Part shown: positions 1 through 8,600 of the stretch, piece by piece
Layout of the letters: the number at the start of each line of letters is the position of its first letter
How positions within the stretch are numbered: position 1 is the first letter of the stretch
Assembly (NCBI GenBank): GCA_038239645.1
Contig: JBBSEO010000001.1
Span: forward strand, 1-52,585
Origin: Chthoniobacterales bacterium
Lineage (GTDB): Bacteria; Verrucomicrobiota; Verrucomicrobiia; Chthoniobacterales; UBA10450
Direction of reading: 5' to 3'
Length of the DNA: 52,585 bases
Position numbers and translations under genes: made by a program
The notes under the pieces: generated by a model
What the model was told of the DNA's origin: nothing
What the model saw: only the letters and a program-made list of their open reading frames with translations
The model's database searches: none

Positions 1-613
1 CCGCCTCGTCAATGACCCACCCGCCAAATCCGGTCAGGAATGGTATGAAGAAGAATGGCTCTCGGTAGTTCCAGGTCAAACCGTACTCGTCCATTTTGCC
101 GTCGCCATTGAGGTCTCGGGTTAAGGAACGAGCGACTTCGATCAGTTGCGACAGCGTCGCCGGCGGATTCGCTACCTTTGCCTTATCGTAAACCAGAGCG
201 AGATGGTTTCCGATTTGATCCGCCAGCAGCCAGCGCGAACCTTTCCACGCCACGACTCCCTGAGGGGCAAACTCCTGAAAAACCGACTCCGGCAGGACTG
301 AATCCAACGGAAGAATGGTTTGCGTCGTCACAAAAACGCCGACGTTGTCGCTCGGACCATAAATCAAATCCGGTCCCTGGCCGGCAACAGCCGCGATCAC
401 GTAGAGATTGCGCAGCTCTTCGTTCTCCTTGTAGAGTGACTCCACCAAAGTCGCCGGATGCTCTCGATTGTATTCGCGAATTTTCTCCTGAAAGAGATCG
501 CGCTCGCCGCCAATCTTCTGGTGCCAGATGCGGATGTGGACACGGCGGTCCGGCGAACGCGTGCACGCGCCCAGGAAGACAAGTGCCAGAACCGCCAGTC
601 GGACTGCGCTCAC
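1..613 (-). CDS. Sugar ABC-transporter substrate-binding lipoprotein (MalE / family-1 SBP-like). N-terminal ~204 codons only; the gene continues past the left edge.
   Basis: Missing from the supplied ORF track because it has no stop in the window. Hand translation of the minus strand from GTG (613-611) gives VSAVRLAVLALVFLGACTRSPDRRVHIRIWHQKIGGERDLFQEKIREYNREHPATLVESLYKENEELRNLYVIAAVAGQGPDLIYGPSDNVGVFVTTQTILPLD...LALVYDKAKVANPPATLSQLIEVARSLTRDLNGDGKMDEYGLTWNYREPFFFIPFLTGFGGWVIDE, open to position 1. It has a lipobox (LGAC) and motifs typical of maltodextrin-type binding proteins. The GTG overlaps the TGA of the upstream GH13 gene (GTGA). Confidence 0.8.
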   Translation of the reverse strand, partial: MSAVRLAVLALVFLGACTRSPDRRVHIRIWHQKIGGERDLFQEKIREYNREHPATLVESLYKENEELRNLYVIAAVAGQGPDLIYGPSDNVGVFVTTQTILPLDSVLPESVFQEFAPQGVVAWKGSRWLLADQIGNHLALVYDKAKVANPPATLSQLIEVARSLTRDLNGDGKMDEYGLTWNYREPFFFIPFLTGFGGWVIDEA

Positions 614-2469
614 GGCTCCACCAGAAACGCGGCCGACGTCAACGCCGGAAGGGTGACGTGGCTACCCTCAGGCGATGATGTCACTTTGACGGTTTGCGGA
701 TCGCCGGAAGATACCAGCAAGGTCTTCAAACCGGCCGACGGCAAATCAATCGATACTTCATCATCCCCGCGATTGTAGGCGCTGACAATCGCTTCTTTCG
801 CCGCCCGACGCTCGACGACCAGAGTGTGCTGGTCATCCATCGCTTTTACCGCGCGAAATTCTCCATGGTTCAAGGCGTCGTGATTTTGGCGGAGATGCAC
901 CACTTCCTTGTAGTAGTTAAAAAGATCAACATCGAAATTATTCTCGTCCGCCGAGCGCTCCTTGCCGCGCGGATCGATTGCCTGCGGCTCAAATGTCATG
1001 TCGGCCCACACCATCGGCATGCGATCGTCAGGATCGTGACCTCCCCACATTCCCGCTTCGTCGCCGTAATAGATCATCGGCGCGCCGAGGTAGCACATTT
1101 GAAACATCACCACCATGCGCTGAATCTGACGTTCGCGCTCGTTGGGCTTCCGGATCTCGTAGGTTTCGGAAGAATGGGCGTCGTTGTTCTCGTTGAAATC
1201 GATTTCGCCCGCTTTCTTGTAAACCGTCCCCTCGCCGTTCACGATCATCGATGCCAGCCGGTCGGTATCATGCGAGTCCATCAGGTTCTGCATCACCGCC
1301 GCGACGGGGGGCGGAAAAGCTTCCCGGCGCGAGTTGAGCAACTTAACGAACTCGGAAGGGGAAATATTATTATCGATTAGAAATCCCTTCACCGGAATCG
1401 TGAAAGCGTTGTAGTTCATCGAAGCGGAGAAGCCGCCCTCGCGGACGAGGCTGGCGGCGTCTTTCCAAATCTCGGCCGTGGTGTAGGCGTTGGGATTTAA
1501 CTTACGGACGAGGGCGTTCCAGTCCGCCCAGAACTTGCTCGGCCGTTCTTCCGCGACATCGAGCCGCCAGCCATCAATCCCATCCTTGGCCGTCCCGTGC
1601 GGCTGCATCCATCGGCGCGTCGCTTCGAAGATGTATTGCTTCGGACCGGGATGCATATCCTGGCCGTCGGACGTGGCCGCGAACACCGGTAAGGTCGCAT
1701 GTCCCCACCACCCCTTGTAACTAAACTCGTTTCGCTTTGTCTCCGGATTGTCGAAGCTATCGATCACATACCAGGAGCGGTAGGGCGACTCCGCCTGCTT
1801 CTCCCGGATATTGCGAAAGGCAAAGAAGTCTCGGCCCGTATGATTAAAGACGCCGTCGATGATGACGTGCATTTTCCGTTCGTGACACTTTTTGACCAGC
1901 TCCAGAAATAGCTTGTCCGCTGCCGTCCAGTTCCAACTCTCGGGATCCGCTGACTCCCGCGCGATTAGCTTGAGGTCGCCCTCTGGATCGGGGCCGAAGT
2001 AGGGGTCGATGTGATGGTAGGAGTTACCATCGTATTTATGAAGGGAGTGGGACGCGAAAAGGGGATTAAAGTAGATCGCGTTTATCCCCAGATCGGCGAG
2101 GTAGTCTAGCTTGTCGATGACTCCCTGCAGATCTCCCCCGTAGCGGCGCTCGAAGACGCCGTCACGGTAGAAGTTATCACCCAGCCCCTTTTCCCACTCC
2201 GCTCGCGAATACCAGTCCGTGGTCCACGAACTGATCTTCCAATCGTCGCCCGCGGCGATCGGCGACTCGAGGTACTCGCGCGGCGGATCGTTCCGGGGAT
2301 CGCCGTTACGGAAGCGATCAGGAAAAATTTGGTAGAAGATCGCTTCACCGGCCCAGGCGGGCTTGGCGTCAGTCTTAGATGGGTTATCGGCCTGAGCAAA
2401 AGAGGCGAATGAGAGGTGAAGCGCAATGATCGAGAACGCGAGGACGCGAGGGGAAAACACGGCAAGCAC
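610..2469 (-). CDS. Secreted GH13 alpha-amylase-family glycoside hydrolase (neopullulanase/cyclomaltodextrinase-like motifs)
   Basis: 619-aa ORF with a signal peptide (...LSFASFAQA). GH13 conserved regions: DGVFNHTG (I), GWRLDVAEE (II), TTAEIW (III), LMDSHDTDR (IV). The start is GTG at 2469; an in-frame GTG 9 nt downstream is equally plausible. Confidence 0.9.
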   Translation of the reverse strand: MLAVFSPRVLAFSIIALHLSFASFAQADNPSKTDAKPAWAGEAIFYQIFPDRFRNGDPRNDPPREYLESPIAAGDDWKISSWTTDWYSRAEWEKGLGDNFYRDGVFERRYGGDLQGVIDKLDYLADLGINAIYFNPLFASHSLHKYDGNSYHHIDPYFGPDPEGDLKLIARESADPESWNWTAADKLFLELVKKCHERKMHVIIDGVFNHTGRDFFAFRNIREKQAESPYRSWYVIDSFDNPETKRNEFSYKGWWGHATLPVFAATSDGQDMHPGPKQYIFEATRRWMQPHGTAKDGIDGWRLDVAEERPSKFWADWNALVRKLNPNAYTTAEIWKDAASLVREGGFSASMNYNAFTIPVKGFLIDNNISPSEFVKLLNSRREAFPPPVAAVMQNLMDSHDTDRLASMIVNGEGTVYKKAGEIDFNENNDAHSSETYEIRKPNERERQIQRMVVMFQMCYLGAPMIYYGDEAGMWGGHDPDDRMPMVWADMTFEPQAIDPRGKERSADENNFDVDLFNYYKEVVHLRQNHDALNHGEFRAVKAMDDQHTLVVERRAAKEAIVSAYNRGDDEVSIDLPSAGLKTLLVSSGDPQTVKVTSSPEGSHVTLPALTSAAFLVEP

Positions 2470-2565
2470 TCTCTTAGATTTCGTGGCCCGAAGGCAACTC
2501 TATTCGCAGAAGTTCGACTGCCTCGCGATCCACTTCCCAGCAGCGTTCCGTTTCCTACGCAGTTT

Positions 2566-5500
2566 CTACGGGATGATTCGGACGCGGAAGAATGCAGGCG
2601 GCGTCGCGGTCACGGTTTGAGTGGTGCTGGCCGTGGTGGCGGTGATCGCCGCCGGCATCCCGGTCGTAACGTAGGAGCCATTCGGAGCGCCCGCCGTTTC
2701 GATCTGGTAGGTCTTTCCGGGCACACTGTTCCAAGTGACGGAAATGGCATTGGTGCCGGCGTGGGTCACGCTGGTGATTCGGAAGATGGAGTTCGGATCG
2801 AATGGATTCGTTCCCGCGTAATCTTCGGCCGCGTTCGTGATGCCATCCGCATCATCGTCGCCATTGGGATCGATGAACTTCAGCGTGACGGGCGAACTAC
2901 TCGGGCCGGTGACAGAACTATCGCTGGGGTTTAGCGTTTGCACCGTCACGATCACGGTCCGGCCGGGGCTGGCACTAATCTGTCCGCTCGTGCCCGAAGT
3001 ATAAATCGGCGGCTGAGCTACCCCATCGATGGAATAGTTGACGCGGTAGGTTGGGACAACTCCTTCGCTATCAGCCGCCGCGGGGCTCCAGGAAATCGTT
3101 CCCGTAGTCCCGAGGAGATAAGCGTAGGCGTTAGTGACTGTCGCACTGCCCGCGGTCGTGCTCGGCGCGGTCACATCGTAAAGCTTGAGATATTGTGCTT
3201 CGAACGGGCGCTGATTCCAGGCCGGATCAGTCGGATTACTACTCGAATCCATCGTCGGCACTTTGTTCATCCCAACGAAAAGACCATTGCTCAAAAGCGA
3301 GGCACCGGACTGGCGATTAAGGAAGACGTTGCGGCGATTTGAATCTGAACCGGTGTAAGCCGCGATGTTCTTCACATCGTAGGTGCGATTCGATTTGATC
3401 CCGAAAAGATTTGAACCGCTCTGGGTGATATTCACGTTGAAATTACCCTGTTGGTCGTTGTTGCGATCGAGGTTCATGAAACCGAAGACCACGTCGGTCG
3501 ACGCGGGCGATCCATTCGGGCTTTCATACTTCGCGACGGAAAAGATGCTCTGCTGAATGCTGCCATCGGCCTGATTCAAGTAGTAGCGATTCGAGCTGCG
3601 CAACGCGCGACTAAATTGACGCGCCTGCCCCATCGCCGCGAAATCCGGGAAAAGATACTGGGTCCCCAGGCCGGGATTGCCAATAATCGGCCCGAGGTCG
3701 TTGAAGACTTTGAACTGCGGAATCTGCTTGCCGAAGTTTGCCTCGTAGTGATGAAAACCGAAGGTGCGCGTCACGCCCAGTTCCTGCCCGTAGAAAACCA
3801 TCGGCGTCCCATCGATCGTATTACTCACGCCATAGCGAACGAGAGCCTGGTAAGCATCAGCGTAGTTCTCTTCATCGTGCGAAGTATTATTAAGGAGGAC
3901 CAGTCCCTGGCCGTAGGCGCTCCGACGGCCATCGAAAATACTCCGATAGTCGCTCGTTTGCGCCGCCGCCTGGAACGGAAAGATGATGTTTTCATTGAGA
4001 ATATCGAAATGGCGATTGGAACGGTAGGTCACCGCTCCGCCATCGAGCGACTCGGTCATAAAGACAAAGTTCCACTTATGGCTGCGAGCGACATTGATGA
4101 CGTATTCCCAGCACTGCGGCGGCAGGCCCTGACCGAAATCAGCGCGCAGGGCGTCGATCCCTTTGCTGTCGAGCGCGAGCCGCGTGGCGTAGTCGCCGTC
4201 GGCGACGCCGCTGTTTACTCCGCTATGACCCGTCTGGGTGAGCCAATAGGGAATGTAAGAGGCAAAGAAGCGCCAAACATTGCGAGTAATATTGTTGTTC
4301 ACCCCGCTGACCGTGAAGTCCGTCGAATTCCAATTGCCATTGCTGTAATCAAACCAATCTCCTTCATTCAGGTAGTTGGTGTTGTCAGAATTGTTGTGGC
4401 AGACGAGCGCGGCATAGTAACCGAAAAAAATGTCGAAGGTATCACCGAACTTCCCGAAGTCGTTTCGATCCGGAGCGGGCGCGATATTGCCCGCGCCCGA
4501 GGCGCGGGTGCAATAGTTGTTGTTCGCGATGTTAAAGAGGTCGCCCTGGGAAAAAAAGCGCGCTTCGTTCGCACGAATCTCACCGGTTGCGCTACCGCCG
4601 GGCTTGAAGAGATTGACGCCCTGCTGGGCTAACTCGCTATCGTAGGAGGTATGATTGAAAGGAGCATCCAGCATCACCCCGACGCTGGCGCCGTCGGCGG
4701 ACACGACAAAATCATGGAAGTCGATTTTCGCTTGCGCCCGACCGGCGGGGGTGTCGTTGCCAGAACGATCGTCGCTGTTGGGATCGGTTGAAGTCGGGGT
4801 GAAATTGCGCGCCATCAGCGGCATGACTTCGAAGAAGTTCTTTACGGCATACGGGCTGCCCACGACAAACTTATGATTGAACGCCGGGTCGACCTGCCGG
4901 CCGTCGATTCCATTCGGATGAATCGGCTGAAACCACATGTAATTACAACCGAGGTTCTTCACGTAATCAAGATTCACTCTCTTACTCGAGTCGTGCAGAT
5001 CAGGAAAAGTTCCGCGCTGAGAAGGAAGATCACCGGTAGCGTTTACATTGAGGGTATTAACTTCGAAAAGACTGATCTCCCGCGCCGCTTTCGGAGAGAC
5101 CACGATGGCGTGGTCGCGGCGGCCATTCGACGAGTAGTAGATCCACTGGCTGTTATTATATTGCCGATAACGAGCGGTAAGACGGTAGGCGCCGGTCTTG
5201 GTCGCACTTAACGTCGTGGTGAAGACGGTGTTCGAACCATTTGCCGTCATCGCGTAAGTTTTAAAGTAGTGGTTGTCGTTCGTGCCGATGACATCTCCGC
5301 TCGGCGGACTAATTCCTTCCTCGGTGGCAAGTCCATTACCATCCAGGTAAGCTAAAGTCGCGAGGTCGCGGCGATTCAGATTGGTAAAGACTTGGACGGT
5401 GGAAGGATCGACGTTCCCATCATTCGGCGAGTAGCTGATCGCGAACGGGGCGGAATCACCGGCAATTTCATCGACGAAGACATGGGACGTCGTGTAGTTC

Positions 5501-5604
5501 GCTTCCGTTCCGTTGACGGTCAGGCTTTGCGCATGAAGCGCGGCGGCGCTGAGCGCGAAAAGAAGCGTCAGCAACCAGCGAAAAGAGTAACGGGGGTTAG
5601 TCAT
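2566..5604 (-). CDS. Large secreted GH13-family alpha-glucan hydrolase with C-terminal Ig/FN3-like domains, one Ca-binding DxDxDG repeat and a terminal FFRVRIIP module
   Basis: 1012-aa ORF with a signal peptide (...SAAALHAQS). GH13-like regions: MLDAPFNHTS (I), GIDALRADFGQG (II), FMTESLDG (III), NNTSHDEE (IV). The C-terminus reads DPNGDDDADGITNAAEDYAGTNPFDP, followed by a ~70-aa beta-rich module. The ATG lies 4 nt after the stop of the 2906-aa gene. Confidence 0.85.
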   Translation of the reverse strand: MTNPRYSFRWLLTLLFALSAAALHAQSLTVNGTEANYTTSHVFVDEIAGDSAPFAISYSPNDGNVDPSTVQVFTNLNRRDLATLAYLDGNGLATEEGISPPSGDVIGTNDNHYFKTYAMTANGSNTVFTTTLSATKTGAYRLTARYRQYNNSQWIYYSSNGRRDHAIVVSPKAAREISLFEVNTLNVNATGDLPSQRGTFPDLHDSSKRVNLDYVKNLGCNYMWFQPIHPNGIDGRQVDPAFNHKFVVGSPYAVKNFFEVMPLMARNFTPTSTDPNSDDRSGNDTPAGRAQAKIDFHDFVVSADGASVGVMLDAPFNHTSYDSELAQQGVNLFKPGGSATGEIRANEARFFSQGDLFNIANNNYCTRASGAGNIAPAPDRNDFGKFGDTFDIFFGYYAALVCHNNSDNTNYLNEGDWFDYSNGNWNSTDFTVSGVNNNITRNVWRFFASYIPYWLTQTGHSGVNSGVADGDYATRLALDSKGIDALRADFGQGLPPQCWEYVINVARSHKWNFVFMTESLDGGAVTYRSNRHFDILNENIIFPFQAAAQTSDYRSIFDGRRSAYGQGLVLLNNTSHDEENYADAYQALVRYGVSNTIDGTPMVFYGQELGVTRTFGFHHYEANFGKQIPQFKVFNDLGPIIGNPGLGTQYLFPDFAAMGQARQFSRALRSSNRYYLNQADGSIQQSIFSVAKYESPNGSPASTDVVFGFMNLDRNNDQQGNFNVNITQSGSNLFGIKSNRTYDVKNIAAYTGSDSNRRNVFLNRQSGASLLSNGLFVGMNKVPTMDSSSNPTDPAWNQRPFEAQYLKLYDVTAPSTTAGSATVTNAYAYLLGTTGTISWSPAAADSEGVVPTYRVNYSIDGVAQPPIYTSGTSGQISASPGRTVIVTVQTLNPSDSSVTGPSSSPVTLKFIDPNGDDDADGITNAAEDYAGTNPFDPNSIFRITSVTHAGTNAISVTWNSVPGKTYQIETAGAPNGSYVTTGMPAAITATTASTTQTVTATPPAFFRVRIIP

Positions 5605-5608
5605 CGCT

Positions 5609-8600
5609 TTATGGGATCAAAGACACTTGAAGACGATAGAAACGCTGCTGGGTCGTCGTCGGCGCCGAGCCAGTCGAAGTTCCGTCGTCGATAATGTCGT
5701 GGCTGGCGCCGTCGCCGAGCAAAGGCGCGCCGGCAGGTTGCCAGTTCGGACTGGTCAGACTGTTCGTATAATATAGCTGATAGGATCGGTCGCGAACGGT
5801 CGGGAAGGAGAGCTTCACCGAGCTTGGCGTCGCGCGGACGATCGTCAATCTCATGGCGGCACTTCCATCCGCCACAACCGGATTCGAACCGAAGATATAT
5901 TCCTGCAGATTGCTCAGGCCATCGTGGTCGGCATCATCGCCGCTGCGCGAAAGATCGCTCGCCTGCCCCGTCGGGTGACCAAAGAACTGTTGTGTCCACC
6001 AATCCGGGATACCGTCGCCATCGGAATCATAAGTCAACTCCCGGCCAGTCTCAAAGCCGAGGGCAAACGACATCGTCGAACCACCTTGTAGTTCAATCTG
6101 CTGGGTCTGCGCCTGGTTTCGCATACTGACCGTGTCAGCGACGATCGAGCTATCGATGTCTGTGGCCGAAGAATTATAACTTGCGCCGGTATAGCTACCA
6201 CCGCTGGTTCGCAGGAACGCTCGCACCGTTCGATTGGTGCCATTGTTGAAAAGATTGGTGTCGGATCCAGCTGAAACGATATTACTCAGGTGCGCCTGGC
6301 CGGAAGTGAAGAGGTCAAGCAGATCAGGCGAAAGGCCGAAGCGAACATAAAGTAAAGTATAACCAGAGAGATTGTAACTCGCCTGCAAGAGGCCTTTCGA
6401 AGGTGTCAGGGTCAGCGTCTTTGAGATTTTGCCGTCCGAACTCGTGAACTTCCAACCGCCGTTGACCGCGGTCGCGGTATAGTAATCGTTGACATACTGC
6501 GAAGTTCCGAGGCTCGTGCCGTTCTTCGCATACCAGTCCTTAAAGCCAGAGGTGCGAAAGGCGTTGAGGGTTAAGGCGCCATTGCTGGTGATATAGTTTG
6601 AGTTCCCTTCTTCTTCCGTCTCGCTCCCAGCATAGCTCGCGAGGTTGCCGATCACTTGGGTAACATAGCCGGTGTCGACGTCTCGCAGCCAGGCGCCAAT
6701 CATGCGTCCACCCAGTCGCTCGAAGACAACACAGAGGCGGTCATTGTAGAGCAAATACTCGTTCTCGCCATCAAGGTCGACGTCGACCTGATCGCTCATC
6801 ACGCTCCCAAGATAATCGCCCTGCGCCGCGGCCGTCGCCCAGTTGTTCACACGCGCGTATATTGCCGCCTCACGTGTTTGCGCTTGCGCGATCTTGGCGA
6901 ACCCAGCCAGGGATTGGAAACTTGTATCCGGATTAATGTAAACGCCGGTGCTGAACTTGCTCAGGTCGACGTTGGTCTGATCGTGGAAGGCGGTTTCAAA
7001 TTGGGCGGCGTGCATCGTCGCCCGGGCGAGGGAGATCAGTCCGTCGTTCCCGGTTGCAGGAGCAATTCCATTTACCGCCAGCCAGGTGGAATGGGCGACG
7101 CCGCTGCTACTCTGCAGGCCGAAAGCCGTCCCGAGCTGAATTCCTGTGCGAAGGTTGAACTTCTTGCTTACCAGCGACTCTTCCAAGCCGGAGCCATTAT
7201 ACCAATTGTCGTAGTTCTCCTCGGTCGCGTGATCGACAAAATCCTTGGCCACGTTTGACAAACTAACCCCCGTTCCGCGAGCGACCTTGTTCCAGGTCGT
7301 CCCCGTGTTCGTCGTGCTATGGCCGCTTTGATCCGCCGCAATTTGATCTGGAGTGACGATTTCGATCCAGGGGTGGCTCGCGAACCAGCGGATATTCTTG
7401 TCATACGCATCCGCATTTGTCTGGGAGCTGAAGTTTTCCCATTGGTTAACGAAGGTAACGACCTGGTCCTGCTGGATGCTGCGCGCTTTGCGATTGAGAA
7501 GTTGCCGCAGGAGAACGGGAAGTCCGTTATCGTCGTTGGTAAAGAGCTGGGCGCTGACGCCGTCGTTAATTACAAACAGGTTCTCGCCATTGATCTGATT
7601 GACCCGGTAACCATCGCTGCCGAGCGCCGAAGTGCGACCAAACCATTTCCACAAGTGACGCAACTGGTCGACAAATGTGTAGTTATAACCAAGTTGTCCT
7701 ACCTTCTGGATAACATCAGCACTGGAAGCGCGCTCCGGCGTCCAAAGGACCGCCGAAGAAGGCGGTTGCCCGTATATCCTGGTGAGAAAATCCCGTGCCA
7801 GCGCGACGTTGTCCGCGCTAAAGGTCGAGTCGTAGTAGCCGAGAATATGGTCCGAAAAGGTTGACCCGAGAAGATCGAGTGTGCCGTTTGCCATCATCGA
7901 CGAGATCTTCGCGTTCAGCGCTGGCCCATCCCGATACGGACGAGTTGACGAGGACGCGACCTTCGCCCATTGAATCGCGGAGGCCGCGGTGGGCGTAATA
8001 TGCATCGCGAGCGGAACGCCAAAAGCCTGATGGACATCAAGGGGTCGGTAGAGTCCGGCGCCCTGACCGTTGTTGATCAAGTCCTGCATGATTGTCCCCG
8101 GCTGCAGCGCTTGATTGCCGTGGATAACCGACATCACCTTGACGCGTTTACCTCGATCGTTGTCTGCCTGAAGGCCTACCCAGGAACTGAGCACGCTCTT
8201 CGAGCCGGTAATGTTTGCCTGATCGAGGTAGTAGTCGGAGGCAATCCCATCATTACGAATTGAGTCGCGAATATCCGACCGGCCTCCGATGTCACCCGCG
8301 CCCGGCGGATTATCCTGTGTGCCATCTCTCGTCGTGAAGACCTGGTAGATTAGCTTAGTCGCGTCATTTCCATCCCACCCCGCATCGAGCAAGGCCTGAC
8401 GGCTGATCGAAAACTCAACGGCATCGAGATCGGAATTATAGAAGGCCTTTTTAAATCCGTTCGCCGACGTCTGGTCGCGCACCGTCACGCCGAACTGCGA
8501 AAGATCCTGGCCGATACCGGTCGAATGCGTCGGCGAATTCTTGTTCCAGAGATAAACTGCACCCTTATCCGTCTGATAAGAGGCGACTACCGCCTGCCAA

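Noticed and set aside
178-678. Track ORFs 178-678 (+), 183-566 (-), 397-582 (-) and 458-778 (+) at the left edge.
   Set aside because: The region is better explained by the minus-strand MalE-like gene, which is open to position 1 and has a lipoprotein signal and binding-protein motifs. The listed ORFs are alternate-frame or antisense shadows.
3451-4632. Long ORFs antisense to confidently assigned genes: 3451-4632 (393 aa), 15876-16778 (300 aa), 17270-18118 (282 aa), 24035-24847 (270 aa), 38847-39722 (291 aa), 44310-45350 (346 aa), 12005-12541, 8525-9193 and many shorter ones.
   Set aside because: Each lies entirely opposite a gene with strong family motifs. The translations are Arg/Gly/Ala/Pro-rich with no recognisable motifs, and one (44310-45350) crosses a gene boundary. 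These are typical shadow ORFs of GC-rich DNA with high third-position GC.
2566-6060. PEP-CTERM, LPXTG/sortase or T9SS C-terminal sorting signals on the two giant glycosidases.
   Set aside because: The termini (…FFRVRIIP, …FYRLQVSLIP) lack a PEP motif with a TM helix and basic cluster, lack LPXTG with a TM helix, and do not look like the ~80-aa T9SS CTD I know. They are reported instead as an unassigned shared module.
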